Shown here piece by piece: positions 7,627 through 15,548 of a DNA stretch of 32,000 nucleotides; the stretch's first letter is position 1, and every line of letters starts with the position of its first letter. A program made the position numbers and the translations under genes. Source of the stretch: Xanthomonas campestris pv. campestris str. ATCC 33913. GTDB taxonomy: Bacteria; Pseudomonadota; Gammaproteobacteria; Xanthomonadales; Xanthomonadaceae. The stretch is taken from NCBI RefSeq assembly GCF_000007145.1, contig NC_003902.1, positions 575,435 through 607,434 on the forward strand, read 5' to 3'. The notes under the pieces are model-generated. The model had not been told where the DNA came from. It made no database searches and saw only the letters and a list, made by a program, of their open reading frames with translations.

Positions 7627-9579
7627 TCAGAGCACCGCGTTCGTGAAGTCGAAGTCCAGCTCCTTGCCGACCGTCTGCACCAGGTTGCCCTGGATGAAGT
7701 CCACGCCGCTCATCCACATGGCGGCCGCAGCCTGCGGGTCTTCGATGCGCTGGCCGATGATCAGCAGGCCGCGCTGGTGCGCGATGTCGATCACCCCGCG
7801 CAACTCGTCGCGCACGGCCGCGTTGCCGTGTGCATCGGCGAAGCGGTTGGCCATGCGCACGAAGCTCAGCGGCAACTGGCTGAGCAGTGCGTTGGCTTCA
7901 TCGCCGGGTTCGAACTGGCTCAGGCAGAACTGCACGCCGGCCGGCATCAGGCGGGCACAGAACTGCTGCACGGTCACGGCGTGGATCAGCGCATCGTCCA
8001 GGCGCAGGTCCACGATCAGCGACTGCCCGGCCACGCCACGTTCGGTGATGGCCTTGAGCAACCAGTCGGCGAAGGCGTCGCGCGCCAGCGTGCGCGGCGA
8101 TTGCGAGACGAACAGCCGCAGCGGCGGGCTGGCGTGCTGGTACAGATGCAGCAGGCCGAGCGCGTGATCCATGACCTGCTGGTCGAGATCGGCGATGCGC
8201 CCGGCGGCTTCGGCGGCAGGGATGACCTGACCAGCCGACAGCAAGGTGCCATCGGCCTGGCGCAGCCGCAGCAGCACCTGGTATTGCGCGGTATCGCCAC
8301 CGGCCACGGCCACGATCGGCTGGTAGGCCAGTTCGAGCTGGCCTTCGACCAGGCGCAGTTGTTCCTGTTGCTCGGCCTGGCTGGGCGCCAGATAGGTCTG
8401 CACGCCGTCGCTGCGCAGGCGGGCCTGCAGTGCGGTGCGCTCGACCGCTTCCAGCGCGCTGCCGGTGTCGTCGAAGCCCAGGCCCAGCGGCGCGGCGCCG
8501 ACGGCGCAGCGCACATGCACGGATTCTTCTTCGCGCACCGGGAAGGCATGCGCAGACAGGCGTTGGCGAATCTCCAGCGCGTACGCTTCCAGGCCGGCTT
8601 CGTCCATCTCCACGCCCAGCAGCAGGAAGCTGTTGTCGTTGAGGCGCGCCAGCGGATACGGCTGGGCGACGCTGGCCAGGCGATGGCCGGCCTGGGTCAT
8701 CAGGCGTTCGTAGGCGGCGTAGCCATAACGCTCGCGCAAACCGAGCGCGCTGGCGATTTCGATGAAGAACAGGCCGCCGCTCTGCTTGCGTGCCAGTGCA
8801 TCGGCGAGCAGTTCCATGACGTGGCCGCGCGTCGGTAGCCCGGTTTCCGGATTGCTGCGCACGCTGACCTGTTCGCCGGCCTGCTGCAGCGCCTGCTGGC
8901 GCGCGCGCCGGATGCGGTTGGACACCGCGGCGATCAGGTGGCGGGGGCGGATCGGCTTGGTCAGGAAATCGTCCGCGCCGCTGTCGAGCACTTCGAACTG
9001 GCGCTCCGGATCCGGGTCGCCGGTGAGGAAGACGATCGGCAACAGCTGTTGGCCGGGTTGCTGGCGGATCAGCGTGGTCAACCGGATGCCATCGAGCTCG
9101 GGCATGTGCAGATCCATCAGGATCAGGTCCGGGTGATAGTCCTGGATCGCCTGCGGCACGCTGGCAGCGGTCATTTCGACCTGCGCATGCATGCCGGCGC
9201 CGTGCAGCACGCTCTGGGCGAACAAGGCCTGCGAGCGGTCGTCCTCGACGATCAGCACGCGATAGGGCGCGTCGGCAGCGACATTGTCAGCGCCATTGCC
9301 GCCAGCTGGCTGCGCGGCAGCGGCCGGCGCAGGTGCGCTGGAGGCTGCGCTGCGCGGCAGGCCGGCAGCGGCTTGCTGGACCGGTGGCGTGACGTTGGCC
9401 ACTGCGGCAAGCGCGGGTGCGGGAATGATCGTGGCGCTCACTGGCTCGGCGTTGTCGGCGGATGCGGCGTCGTCGGCCCAGCGGCGCCAATAGTCGGCCG
9501 GCGGGGTTTCAGCGCGCAGCGCGCGGTTACGTGTCGCGGTGTCGTCACGGGTGGAAGGAACCGGATCTCGGGCGGCCAT
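7627..9579 (-). CDS. Response regulator with REC plus degenerate GGDEF-like and degenerate EAL-like domains
   Basis: 650-aa ORF whose stop abuts the kinase start with a 0-nt gap. REC domain: RVLIVEDD...LILMDLHMPELDG...TKPI. NDNSF stands in place of GGDEF (aa 314-318, nt 8626-8640). ELAYQPIV...YQVLLRLR stands where E(A/V)LxR is expected (Q434, nt 8278-8280). SQFEPG replaces DDFGTG. Confidence 0.9.
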   Translation of the reverse strand: MAARDPVPSTRDDTATRNRALRAETPPADYWRRWADDAASADNAEPVSATIIPAPALAAVANVTPPVQQAAAGLPRSAASSAPAPAAAAQPAGGNGADNVAADAPYRVLIVEDDRSQALFAQSVLHGAGMHAQVEMTAASVPQAIQDYHPDLILMDLHMPELDGIRLTTLIRQQPGQQLLPIVFLTGDPDPERQFEVLDSGADDFLTKPIRPRHLIAAVSNRIRRARQQALQQAGEQVSVRSNPETGLPTRGHVMELLADALARKQSGGLFFIEIASALGLRERYGYAAYERLMTQAGHRLASVAQPYPLARLNDNSFLLLGVEMDEAGLEAYALEIRQRLSAHAFPVREEESVHVRCAVGAAPLGLGFDDTGSALEAVERTALQARLRSDGVQTYLAPSQAEQQEQLRLVEGQLELAYQPIVAVAGGDTAQYQVLLRLRQADGTLLSAGQVIPAAEAAGRIADLDQQVMDHALGLLHLYQHASPPLRLFVSQSPRTLARDAFADWLLKAITERGVAGQSLIVDLRLDDALIHAVTVQQFCARLMPAGVQFCLSQFEPGDEANALLSQLPLSFVRMANRFADAHGNAAVRDELRGVIDIAHQRGLLIIGQRIEDPQAAAAMWMSGVDFIQGNLVQTVGKELDFDFTNAVL

Positions 9580-9617
9580 CGATACTCCCTGCAGTCGCGA
9601 TGATTATGCGATGAACT

Positions 9618-10244
9618 TCACGATAGCGGGGAGCGGCGTACAGCCGACGTCGAGGCGGCGCGCAGTGGCGCCACCAATCGGTGCACGCCACGCCATAACA
9701 GGCGCCACACCCAGACCACCACCAGCGCGGCCAGCAGGCTGCTGCCCACCGCCACGCTCAACGCCAGCCACGGGTGCGCCACTGCCAGGGCGAGCGCGGC
9801 GGCGGTGAGGGTGTCTTCGGCCAGCGAGGCGATCCAGTTGCTGGCCGGCTCGGGCGAGGTGTTGAGCAAGGCCCGCGTGCCGGCCTTGAGGGTGTGGCTG
9901 GTCAGTGCCACGCCTGCGCCGGCCGCCAATGCGCCGGTGGCCAGATCGCCGTCTGGCGATAGCGTGGCTGCGGCGAGGAAGGCGCCGGCCGGCACCCGCG
10001 CCAGGGTCTGCAGCAGATCCCAGCCCGAATCCACGCCGGGGATCTTGTCGGCGAAGAACTCCGCCACCGCCAGGGCGCCGGAAGTGCCGAGCACCCACCA
10101 CGATTGCGCCGGCACCAGGGCCGGTGGCAGTTCGATCCAGCCGAGCAGGCCGGCCAGCCCGACCCCGAACACGGTGAGATAGACGCGGATGCCCGCCAGC
10201 CAGGCCAGCAGGATGCCGATGACAAACAGATGGGCCTCGCTCAT
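9618..10244 (-). CDS. DUF4126-like integral membrane protein
   Basis: 208-aa hydrophobic ORF (MSEAHLFVIGILLAWLAGIRVYLTVFGVGLAG...AVAEFFADKIPGVDSGWD...). The family name comes from pattern memory. It lies 38 nt upstream of the response-regulator gene on the same strand. Confidence 0.75.
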   Translation of the reverse strand: MSEAHLFVIGILLAWLAGIRVYLTVFGVGLAGLLGWIELPPALVPAQSWWVLGTSGALAVAEFFADKIPGVDSGWDLLQTLARVPAGAFLAAATLSPDGDLATGALAAGAGVALTSHTLKAGTRALLNTSPEPASNWIASLAEDTLTAAALALAVAHPWLALSVAVGSSLLAALVVVWVWRLLWRGVHRLVAPLRAASTSAVRRSPLS

Positions 10245-10370
10245 GGCGTTGCTCCACGCAAAGGATGCGGAACTATCGGATAACGGCCGGCCGGGCGCCA
10301 GCGTGAGGGCCGGCGATGCTCTGGCACACTACGCCGCCGATCACAGACCGGCCCGTCCGGAGCCACGCCC

Positions 10371-11108
10371 ATGAGACCTACCGCGCGCGTTCAAATCGTC
10401 CCACGCGATGCCGGCGGCCCCCGCTCCGGCCGGCCCTGGCTGTGGGCGGTGCTGGTGATCGTGTGGCTGGCCTCGCTGGGTGGGGTCTGGTGGATGGCCA
10501 GCCGCACTGCCGCGCCGCGCCTGGTCGAGGCCGAGGCCGGCCTGCAGCAGGCCCAACGTGCGCAGGCCGCGCAGCGCCGCCAGATCGAACAACTGCAGCA
10601 GCGGCAGGTGAATCTGGCGATGTCCGACAAGATCAGTCGCGCCGCCAATACCGAGGTGCAGGCCTCGCTGGCCGAGCGCGACGAGCAGATTGCCGCGCTG
10701 CGCGCCGACGTAGCCTTCTACGAGCGGCTGGTGGGCTCCACCGCGCAGCGCAAGGGGCTCAATGCGCACTCGGTGCAGTTCACCGCCGAAGCCGGCGGCA
10801 CCTGGAACTACAGCGTGGTGCTCACCCAGAACCTCAACCGCGGCGCGATCAGCCAGGGACAGCTGCGCTTTGCGGTGGAAGGCGTGCGCGCCGGCAAATT
10901 GGTTACGGTGAGCTGGAACGAGCTGCACCAGAAGCCCGATGCGGCCGGCCAGCCGTATTCGTTCCGCTATTTCCAGCAGTTGGACGGCAGCGTGATCCTG
11001 CCGAAGGATTTCACCCCGCAACGTGTCAAAATCTCCCTGAGCGGCGATGGGGCGCCGGTCAATCAGACATTCGATTGGAAAGTCGCCGGCAACGGCGCGG
11101 GGGAGTAG
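10371..11108 (+). CDS. Membrane-anchored coiled-coil protein of unknown function (possibly DUF6776-like)
   Basis: 245-aa ORF with one N-terminal TM (PWLWAVLVIVWLASLGGVWWM). A heptad-like region (QRRQIEQLQQRQVNLAMSDKISRAA...) is followed by a beta-rich C-terminal part. Its stop is 3 nt before the bactofilin ATG. Confidence 0.7.
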   Translation: MRPTARVQIVPRDAGGPRSGRPWLWAVLVIVWLASLGGVWWMASRTAAPRLVEAEAGLQQAQRAQAAQRRQIEQLQQRQVNLAMSDKISRAANTEVQASLAERDEQIAALRADVAFYERLVGSTAQRKGLNAHSVQFTAEAGGTWNYSVVLTQNLNRGAISQGQLRFAVEGVRAGKLVTVSWNELHQKPDAAGQPYSFRYFQQLDGSVILPKDFTPQRVKISLSGDGAPVNQTFDWKVAGNGAGE

Positions 11109-11111
11109 CTC

Positions 11112-11564
11112 ATGTTCGGAAACAAGTCCAACCGTGGCGCGCAGACCGTGGTCGATACCTTGATCGGACCGCAGGTGGTCATCCGCGGCGACCTGACCTT
11201 CAGCGGTGGCCTGTATGTGGAAGGCCGCATCCTGGGCAAGGTGATTGCCGAGGACGGCGCCAGCGCCATCCTGACCGTGGCCGAGCAGGGCTGCATCGAA
11301 GGCGAGGTGCGCGCACCGGTGGTGATCATCAACGGCCAGCTGACCGGCGATGTGCATGCCGCCGAGCGGGTCGAACTGGCCGCCAATGCGCGCGTGCAGG
11401 GCAATGTGCACTACCAGGTGGTGGAAATGAGCGCCGGTGCGCAGCTGACCGGGCGGCTGATCCATGCCGCTGCCGCCGGTGCCACTGCTGCCTTGCCGGC
11501 CCCGGAACCCAGTCGCGCCGCCGAGCCGGTCAAGGCCCTGCAGGCCGAAGCGGCCGACGCCTGA
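11112..11564 (+). CDS. Bactofilin-family polymer-forming cytoskeletal protein
   Basis: 150-aa ORF. The repetitive beta-helix pattern [27 protein letters not shown]...[53 protein letters not shown] is typical of bactofilin/CcmA. RBS ggggag. Confidence 0.85.
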   Translation: MFGNKSNRGAQTVVDTLIGPQVVIRGDLTFSGGLYVEGRILGKVIAEDGASAILTVAEQGCIEGEVRAPVVIINGQLTGDVHAAERVELAANARVQGNVHYQVVEMSAGAQLTGRLIHAAAAGATAALPAPEPSRAAEPVKALQAEAADA

Positions 11565-11643
11565 GCGCAGCGGCAGCAGCCCCGGGCGCCGGAGCAGGGC
11601 GCCCCGGCTTGAAGTGGGCGCCGTTGGCCCCCATGCTGACGCC

Positions 11644-12030
11644 ATGAGTACGCTCGTTTCGCTTCCCACTGCCGCCCCGGCGCCGGACTACCAGTCCATC
11701 GACCGGCCCCTGAACTTCTCCAATGCCGCCGCCGCCAAGGTGCGCGAGCTGATCCAGGAGGAGGGCAACGCCGAGCTGGCGTTGCGTGTGTATATCCAGG
11801 GTGGCGGGTGTTCCGGCTTCCAGTACGGCTTCGAGTTCGATGAGAACCGCGCCGAGGATGACCTGGCCGTGGCCACCGACGGCGTCACCTTGCTGGTGGA
11901 TCCGTTGAGCCTGCAGTACCTGATGGGCGCCGAGGTGGACTACACCGAAAGCCTGACCGGTGCGCAGTTCGTGATCCGCAATCCCAACGCCAAGACCACT
12001 TGCGGCTGCGGCAGCAGCTTCAGCGTCTGA
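11644..12030 (+). CDS. erpA: Iron-sulfur cluster insertion protein ErpA (A-type carrier)
   Basis: ATG at 11644 gives 128 aa: ...[20 protein letters not shown]...[16 protein letters not shown]. The three conserved Cys residues of A-type carriers are present. Confidence 0.9.
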   Translation: MSTLVSLPTAAPAPDYQSIDRPLNFSNAAAAKVRELIQEEGNAELALRVYIQGGGCSGFQYGFEFDENRAEDDLAVATDGVTLLVDPLSLQYLMGAEVDYTESLTGAQFVIRNPNAKTTCGCGSSFSV

Positions 12031-12106
12031 ACGCATCCCGGCGCTAGCCGGGGTTGGGTCGGTGCGATGGTTGCGGGCGTTGCCGATTGTCGGCAGGCTT
12101 GCGCCG

Positions 12107-13006
12107 ATGTCAGAGCCTCTTTTTTCGTTGTCTGCTTTTGCCTTCACGCATGCGCCGCTCGATCGTGGCGACGTGTTGCGTGACGATCCCGACGCGATTG
12201 CGCGTCTATGGCCCACGGGCCGCGTGCTGTTGATCGATGCCAAGGGCACGGCCGCCGCCGATGCCCAGGGCCAGCCGTTGCTCAGCGACGGCGCCGCACT
12301 GGCCGATACGCCGGGCGCGGCGATCTTCCTGGGCCTGCGCGATGGGGTGGGCTGGTTCGCCCTGGCGGCCGAGCAGGTGGCCACGGAGCTGCCGCACCGC
12401 GTGGACCTGCGCCAGGCCGCCGCCGACTGGCCGGCCGAGCTGTCCACCGCGTTTTCCTATGGGCGGGCGATGCTGCATTGGCAATCGCGCACCCGCTTTT
12501 GCGGCGTGTGCGGCGGAGCGATTGCGTTTCGCCGTGCCGGCTTCATTGCGCATTGCACGCAGTGCCAGACCGAACACTACCCCCGTGTGGACCCGGCGAT
12601 CATCGTGGCGGTCAGCGACGGGCAGCGCCTGCTGCTCGGGCGGCAGGCCAGCTGGGCACCGCGGCGCTATTCGGTGATTGCCGGCTTCGTGGAGCCGGGC
12701 GAATCGCTGGAGCAGACCGTGGAGCGCGAAGTGTTCGAAGAAACCCGGGTGCAGGTCCAGGGCTGCCAGTATCTGGGCGCGCAACCGTGGCCGTTTCCCG
12801 GTGCCTTGATGCTGGGCTTTGCGGCAACGGCCGCGCCCACCGAACTGCCGCAGGTCACTGGCGAGCTGGAAGACGCGCGCTGGGTTTCGCACGCGGAGAT
12901 CGGCACTGCATTGGCCGGCGAATCGGGCGATACCGGTATTGGCCTGCCGCCGGCTATTTCCATTGCGCGTGCGTTGATCGAGCACTGGTACCGCACGCAT
13001 GGCTGA
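12107..13006 (+). CDS. nudC: NAD(H) pyrophosphatase / NAD-capped RNA hydrolase NudC
   Basis: Zinc ribbon CGVCGGAIAFRRAGFIAHCTQCQ followed by the Nudix box GFVEPGESLEQTVEREVFEETRV. ATG at 12107 (MSEPLF...) is preferred; GTG at 12062 is an alternative start. Confidence 0.85.
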   Translation: MSEPLFSLSAFAFTHAPLDRGDVLRDDPDAIARLWPTGRVLLIDAKGTAAADAQGQPLLSDGAALADTPGAAIFLGLRDGVGWFALAAEQVATELPHRVDLRQAAADWPAELSTAFSYGRAMLHWQSRTRFCGVCGGAIAFRRAGFIAHCTQCQTEHYPRVDPAIIVAVSDGQRLLLGRQASWAPRRYSVIAGFVEPGESLEQTVEREVFEETRVQVQGCQYLGAQPWPFPGALMLGFAATAAPTELPQVTGELEDARWVSHAEIGTALAGESGDTGIGLPPAISIARALIEHWYRTHG

Positions 13007-13142
13007 GCGCACCCACCGCGCCTGCGAGTTGGTGAATGCCCGCGATTGCGGTGCACCGCGGCGCTACGTGTGCAGCGCCGGCGCGCGGCACACGCACGCC
13101 GGTTGCGCCCGCTCGGCTAGACTCGGCTGAGGAGGCCCGCCC

Positions 13143-14036
13143 ATGTTCACCACCCTGGTTGCCGTCATCGTTGCGCTCGCGCTGGGGCATGTGCTGCCTG
13201 CCCAGGTGGTGCGGCTGCGCCGTTTCGAGTGGTTTGCGCAGTGGCTGCGCCGGCTGGACAGCTACGCCGCCGGGCGCGGTGCGTGGCAGGGCCGCTATGG
13301 CGTGCTGCTGGCCTTGCTGCCGGCCCTGGCGGTGGTGCTCCTGCTGCAATGGCTGCTGGACGATGTGTGGCACGGATTTCTGGCCTTGCTGTTCGGCGTG
13401 GCGGTCTTGGCCTGGACCTGGGGCCCGCGCGATCTGGACCGCGATGTGGAAGCGGTGATCGACGCCGATGAGCCGGCGCTGCGGCGCGAGGCCATTTCGC
13501 ACCTGCAGGCGGCCGGCGGCAGCGTGCATGAAGATGCGCCATCGCTGGTGGAAGCGGTGGTGGTGAACGGCCTGCGCCGCTGGTTTGCAGTGCTGTGGTG
13601 GTTCCTGCTGCTGGGGCCGTTCGGCGCGGTGCTGTATCGGCTCACTGCGTTGGCAGTGGAAAGCCCGGTGTCGGTGTTGCTGCCGCCCCGCAACCTGGCC
13701 GGCGCGCGCTGGTTGCTGGCCGCGCTGGAATGGCCGGTGGCGCAGTTGATGACGGTGTCGATGGCGCTGGTGGGTAACTTCGACACGGTGTTCCGCGCCT
13801 GGCGCGAAGCGCATGGCAATCGCTGGTCGCTGGAGCCGCATTTTCTCGGTGCGGTGGGGCGTGCCAGCGTCAGTGCCGAGCTGCGCGAAGAAGCGCACGA
13901 CTACACGGACTCGGGCTTGGTGCCAGTGTGGCGCCGCCTGCCCGAAGTGCGCGATGCAATGAGCCTGGTGTGGCGCGTGTTGCTGTTGTGGATGGTAATA
14001 CTGGCGCTGTTGGTGATTGCCGGTTGGGTGCGCTAA
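13143..14036 (+). CDS. AmpE-like regulatory membrane protein (CobD/AmpE superfamily)
   Basis: 297-aa polytopic ORF. The N-terminus MFTTLVAVIVALALGHVL... and overall architecture resemble E. coli AmpE from memory. RBS gaggagg lies 7 nt upstream. Confidence 0.7.
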   Translation: MFTTLVAVIVALALGHVLPAQVVRLRRFEWFAQWLRRLDSYAAGRGAWQGRYGVLLALLPALAVVLLLQWLLDDVWHGFLALLFGVAVLAWTWGPRDLDRDVEAVIDADEPALRREAISHLQAAGGSVHEDAPSLVEAVVVNGLRRWFAVLWWFLLLGPFGAVLYRLTALAVESPVSVLLPPRNLAGARWLLAALEWPVAQLMTVSMALVGNFDTVFRAWREAHGNRWSLEPHFLGAVGRASVSAELREEAHDYTDSGLVPVWRRLPEVRDAMSLVWRVLLLWMVILALLVIAGWVR

Positions 14037-14090
14037 GCGGTGCGTGCATTGCCACTTGTGAGCACTGCAGAATCCGCGCGTAGCGACTTA

Positions 14091-14155
14091 GAGCAGCTAT
14101 CAAAACGACTGCGCACCCACCTGACAACTGCTCGCTACGTTTTGTTAGCCGCTCT
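14091..14155 (+). repeat. Dispersed direct repeat, short copy (65 bp)
   Basis: gagcagctATCAAAACGACTGCGCA|CCCACCTGACaACTGCTCGCtACGTTTTGTTAGCCGCTCT is near-identical to 19733-19864, except that copy carries a 67-bp internal block. The ends carry the short inverted repeat CAAAACG...CGTTTTG. Confidence 0.85.
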
Positions 14156-14269
14156 TAATAAAGCATCAACCGATCACGCAGCTGTTCTCTGTCGAGGCCT
14201 GCATGCGATTCGAACATCGCGTTCAATTTGCAGAGTTGTTGGAGCAACGATCCGATCAGAGGCGATCTG

Positions 14270-14434
14270 TTAGTCGTTGCTGCAACCAGTAATCGAAAGC
14301 TCAAGCGCATCTTCTTTGACATCAGCGAAGATCCGGCTTCCATCGGTAAACTGGATAACGAGCTCGCTGGATCGGTGGCGCCAGACCGTTTGAACAATCT
14401 TTCCTGCGAGATGCGCGGTCTGCTTCTTCTTCAA
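14270..14434 (-). CDS. Candidate small ORF (54 aa, TTG start) in a low-GC patch; coding status unresolved
   Basis: Translation (M)KKKQTAHLAGKIVQTVWRHRSSELVIQFTDGSRIFADVKEDALELSITGCSND looks more protein-like than the overlapping track ORFs 14155..14397(-) and 14228..14482(+). However, it has a non-ATG start and no clear RBS, and GC3 does not discriminate between frames (about 61% against 59%). Confidence 0.2.
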   Translation of the reverse strand: MKKKQTAHLAGKIVQTVWRHRSSELVIQFTDGSRIFADVKEDALELSITGCSND

Positions 14435-14459
14435 GTGTCACTGCGTTTTGCTTTCCGTC

Positions 14460-14870
14460 CTAGCCAGGTGCCAGCAGCGTAAACGGGTACCACGGCAGAT
14501 TCCGTGCAATCCAATACGTGGGAAGTGCCCATAGCCAAAACTTGGGTTCGGACATCACCGCCACCACCGGGGCGAACCAGCGGGCGCGCCAGCCGGCTTT
14601 CCAGGCGATCAGGCCGGGCAGGGTGAACAGCCCAAGCACTGCGGCGGGGTTCATGGCGAAGGCGCCGGGCAGATCGAAATGCACCAGCGCATACAACGCG
14701 CGGGTCATGCCGCAACCGGGGCAGTAGCACCCGGTGACGGCGCGGAACATGCAGGGCGGGAACGGGCTGTTGCTCGCGTTCGGGTCGAAGCGATACAGCA
14801 GCGACACGCCGACGGCGGCCACGCTGGTGGCCGCCCCCAGTCCAAGCCAGTGGCGTGGACGCAGCTCCAT
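14460..14870 (-). CDS. DUF2752-like membrane protein
   Basis: Internal ATG at 14870 of track ORF 14460..15107 gives 136 aa: MELRPRHWLGLGAATSVAAV...CMFRAVTGCYCPGCGMTRAL... The CPGCGxTRA motif is typical of DUF2752. Its start overlaps the CD225 stop by 1 nt (TAATG). Confidence 0.8.
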   Translation of the reverse strand: MELRPRHWLGLGAATSVAAVGVSLLYRFDPNASNSPFPPCMFRAVTGCYCPGCGMTRALYALVHFDLPGAFAMNPAAVLGLFTLPGLIAWKAGWRARWFAPVVAVMSEPKFWLWALPTYWIARNLPWYPFTLLAPG

Positions 14871-15214
14871 TACTGCATGTGCTGCAACTGCTGCATGTAG
14901 TCCATGTAGCCCTGCATGCCACCGGTGGCGACCATGCCGATGTTGATCAGCAGGCCGATACCGGCCAGCACGGAGGTCACGATGCACCAGGTCTTGGCGG
15001 TGTTGGAGGCACGACGCGCGCCGTCGATGTCGCCCTGGTTGAGCAGGTTGTTGACCTTGCTGGCGAACACGATCGCCACGATGCCGGTGATCAGCGCCGG
15101 GCAGCACAGGCAGAAGCCGATCACGGTGGACACGATGGCCCAGATCAGGTGATTGGGAACCGGGCCGGGCGCGGCGGTGGACGGGGTGTGGATCGGCGGT
15201 GGGACGGCACTCAT
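14870..15214 (-). CDS. CD225/dispanin-family (IFITM-like) small membrane protein
   Basis: ATG at 15214 with aaggag 7 nt upstream gives 114 aa. A Pro-rich N-terminus is followed by NHLIWAIVSTVIGFCLCCPALITGIVAIVFASKVNNLLNQGDIDGARRASNTAKTW, which is the CD225 signature as I remember it. Confidence 0.8.
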   Translation of the reverse strand: MSAVPPPIHTPSTAAPGPVPNHLIWAIVSTVIGFCLCCPALITGIVAIVFASKVNNLLNQGDIDGARRASNTAKTWCIVTSVLAGIGLLINIGMVATGGMQGYMDYMQQLQHMQ

Positions 15215-15548
15215 GGTGAAGCTCCTTGGGTGGTGATGAATCCAGCGGTGAAACAAGACACGGTGATCAATGGGCCGGCACCGAAGCGACGTCCCTGGCC
15301 GCAGTCAAGCGAACGCGAGCGTGGGCACCATGCGCGCCATCCGTGACTGGCACAGGCAGCAGCCGCCGGCCAGGACCTGCGCCTGCGGCATGACATGTGG
15401 ACACACGGCACTTCCCCCTTGCTGCGACCTGCTGTCTGCGCGCTGCGGGCAGCGGCGCGAAACGTGCGATGGCGCACAGGCTACTCGCCGGGCGCGGCGG
15501 ACGCAAAGCCAGCGCCCGCCAGTGCAGGGCACGCACGCGCCCTGGCCG

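Noticed and set aside
7012-8838. 608-aa plus-strand ORF, plus similar long ORFs at 5524..6339, 6373..6948, 6416..7123 and 8938..9603
   Set aside because: They are antisense to the histidine-kinase and response-regulator genes, which have clear domain signatures. The antisense translations are repetitive Ala/Arg/Gly/Gln strings.
9604-10257. 217-aa ORF in an alternative frame to the DUF4126-like gene
   Set aside because: It is on the same strand but in a different frame. It gives an Arg/Gly/Pro-rich soluble string, whereas frame 9618..10244 gives a coherent polytopic membrane protein with a proper ATG.
10316-11669. 443-aa plus-strand and 442-aa minus-strand ORFs overlapping the coiled-coil, bactofilin and erpA genes
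   Set aside because: These are alternative-frame or antisense ORFs with Arg/Gly/Pro-rich low-complexity products. The called frames have recognisable families, RBSs and tight coupling.
13008-13019. Third occurrence of the 11-mer GCGCACCCACC, shared with the 14.1-kb and 19.8-kb repeats, just after the nudC stop
   Set aside because: Only the 11-mer is shared, with no flanking similarity. In GC-rich DNA this may be chance, so it was not treated as a third repeat copy.
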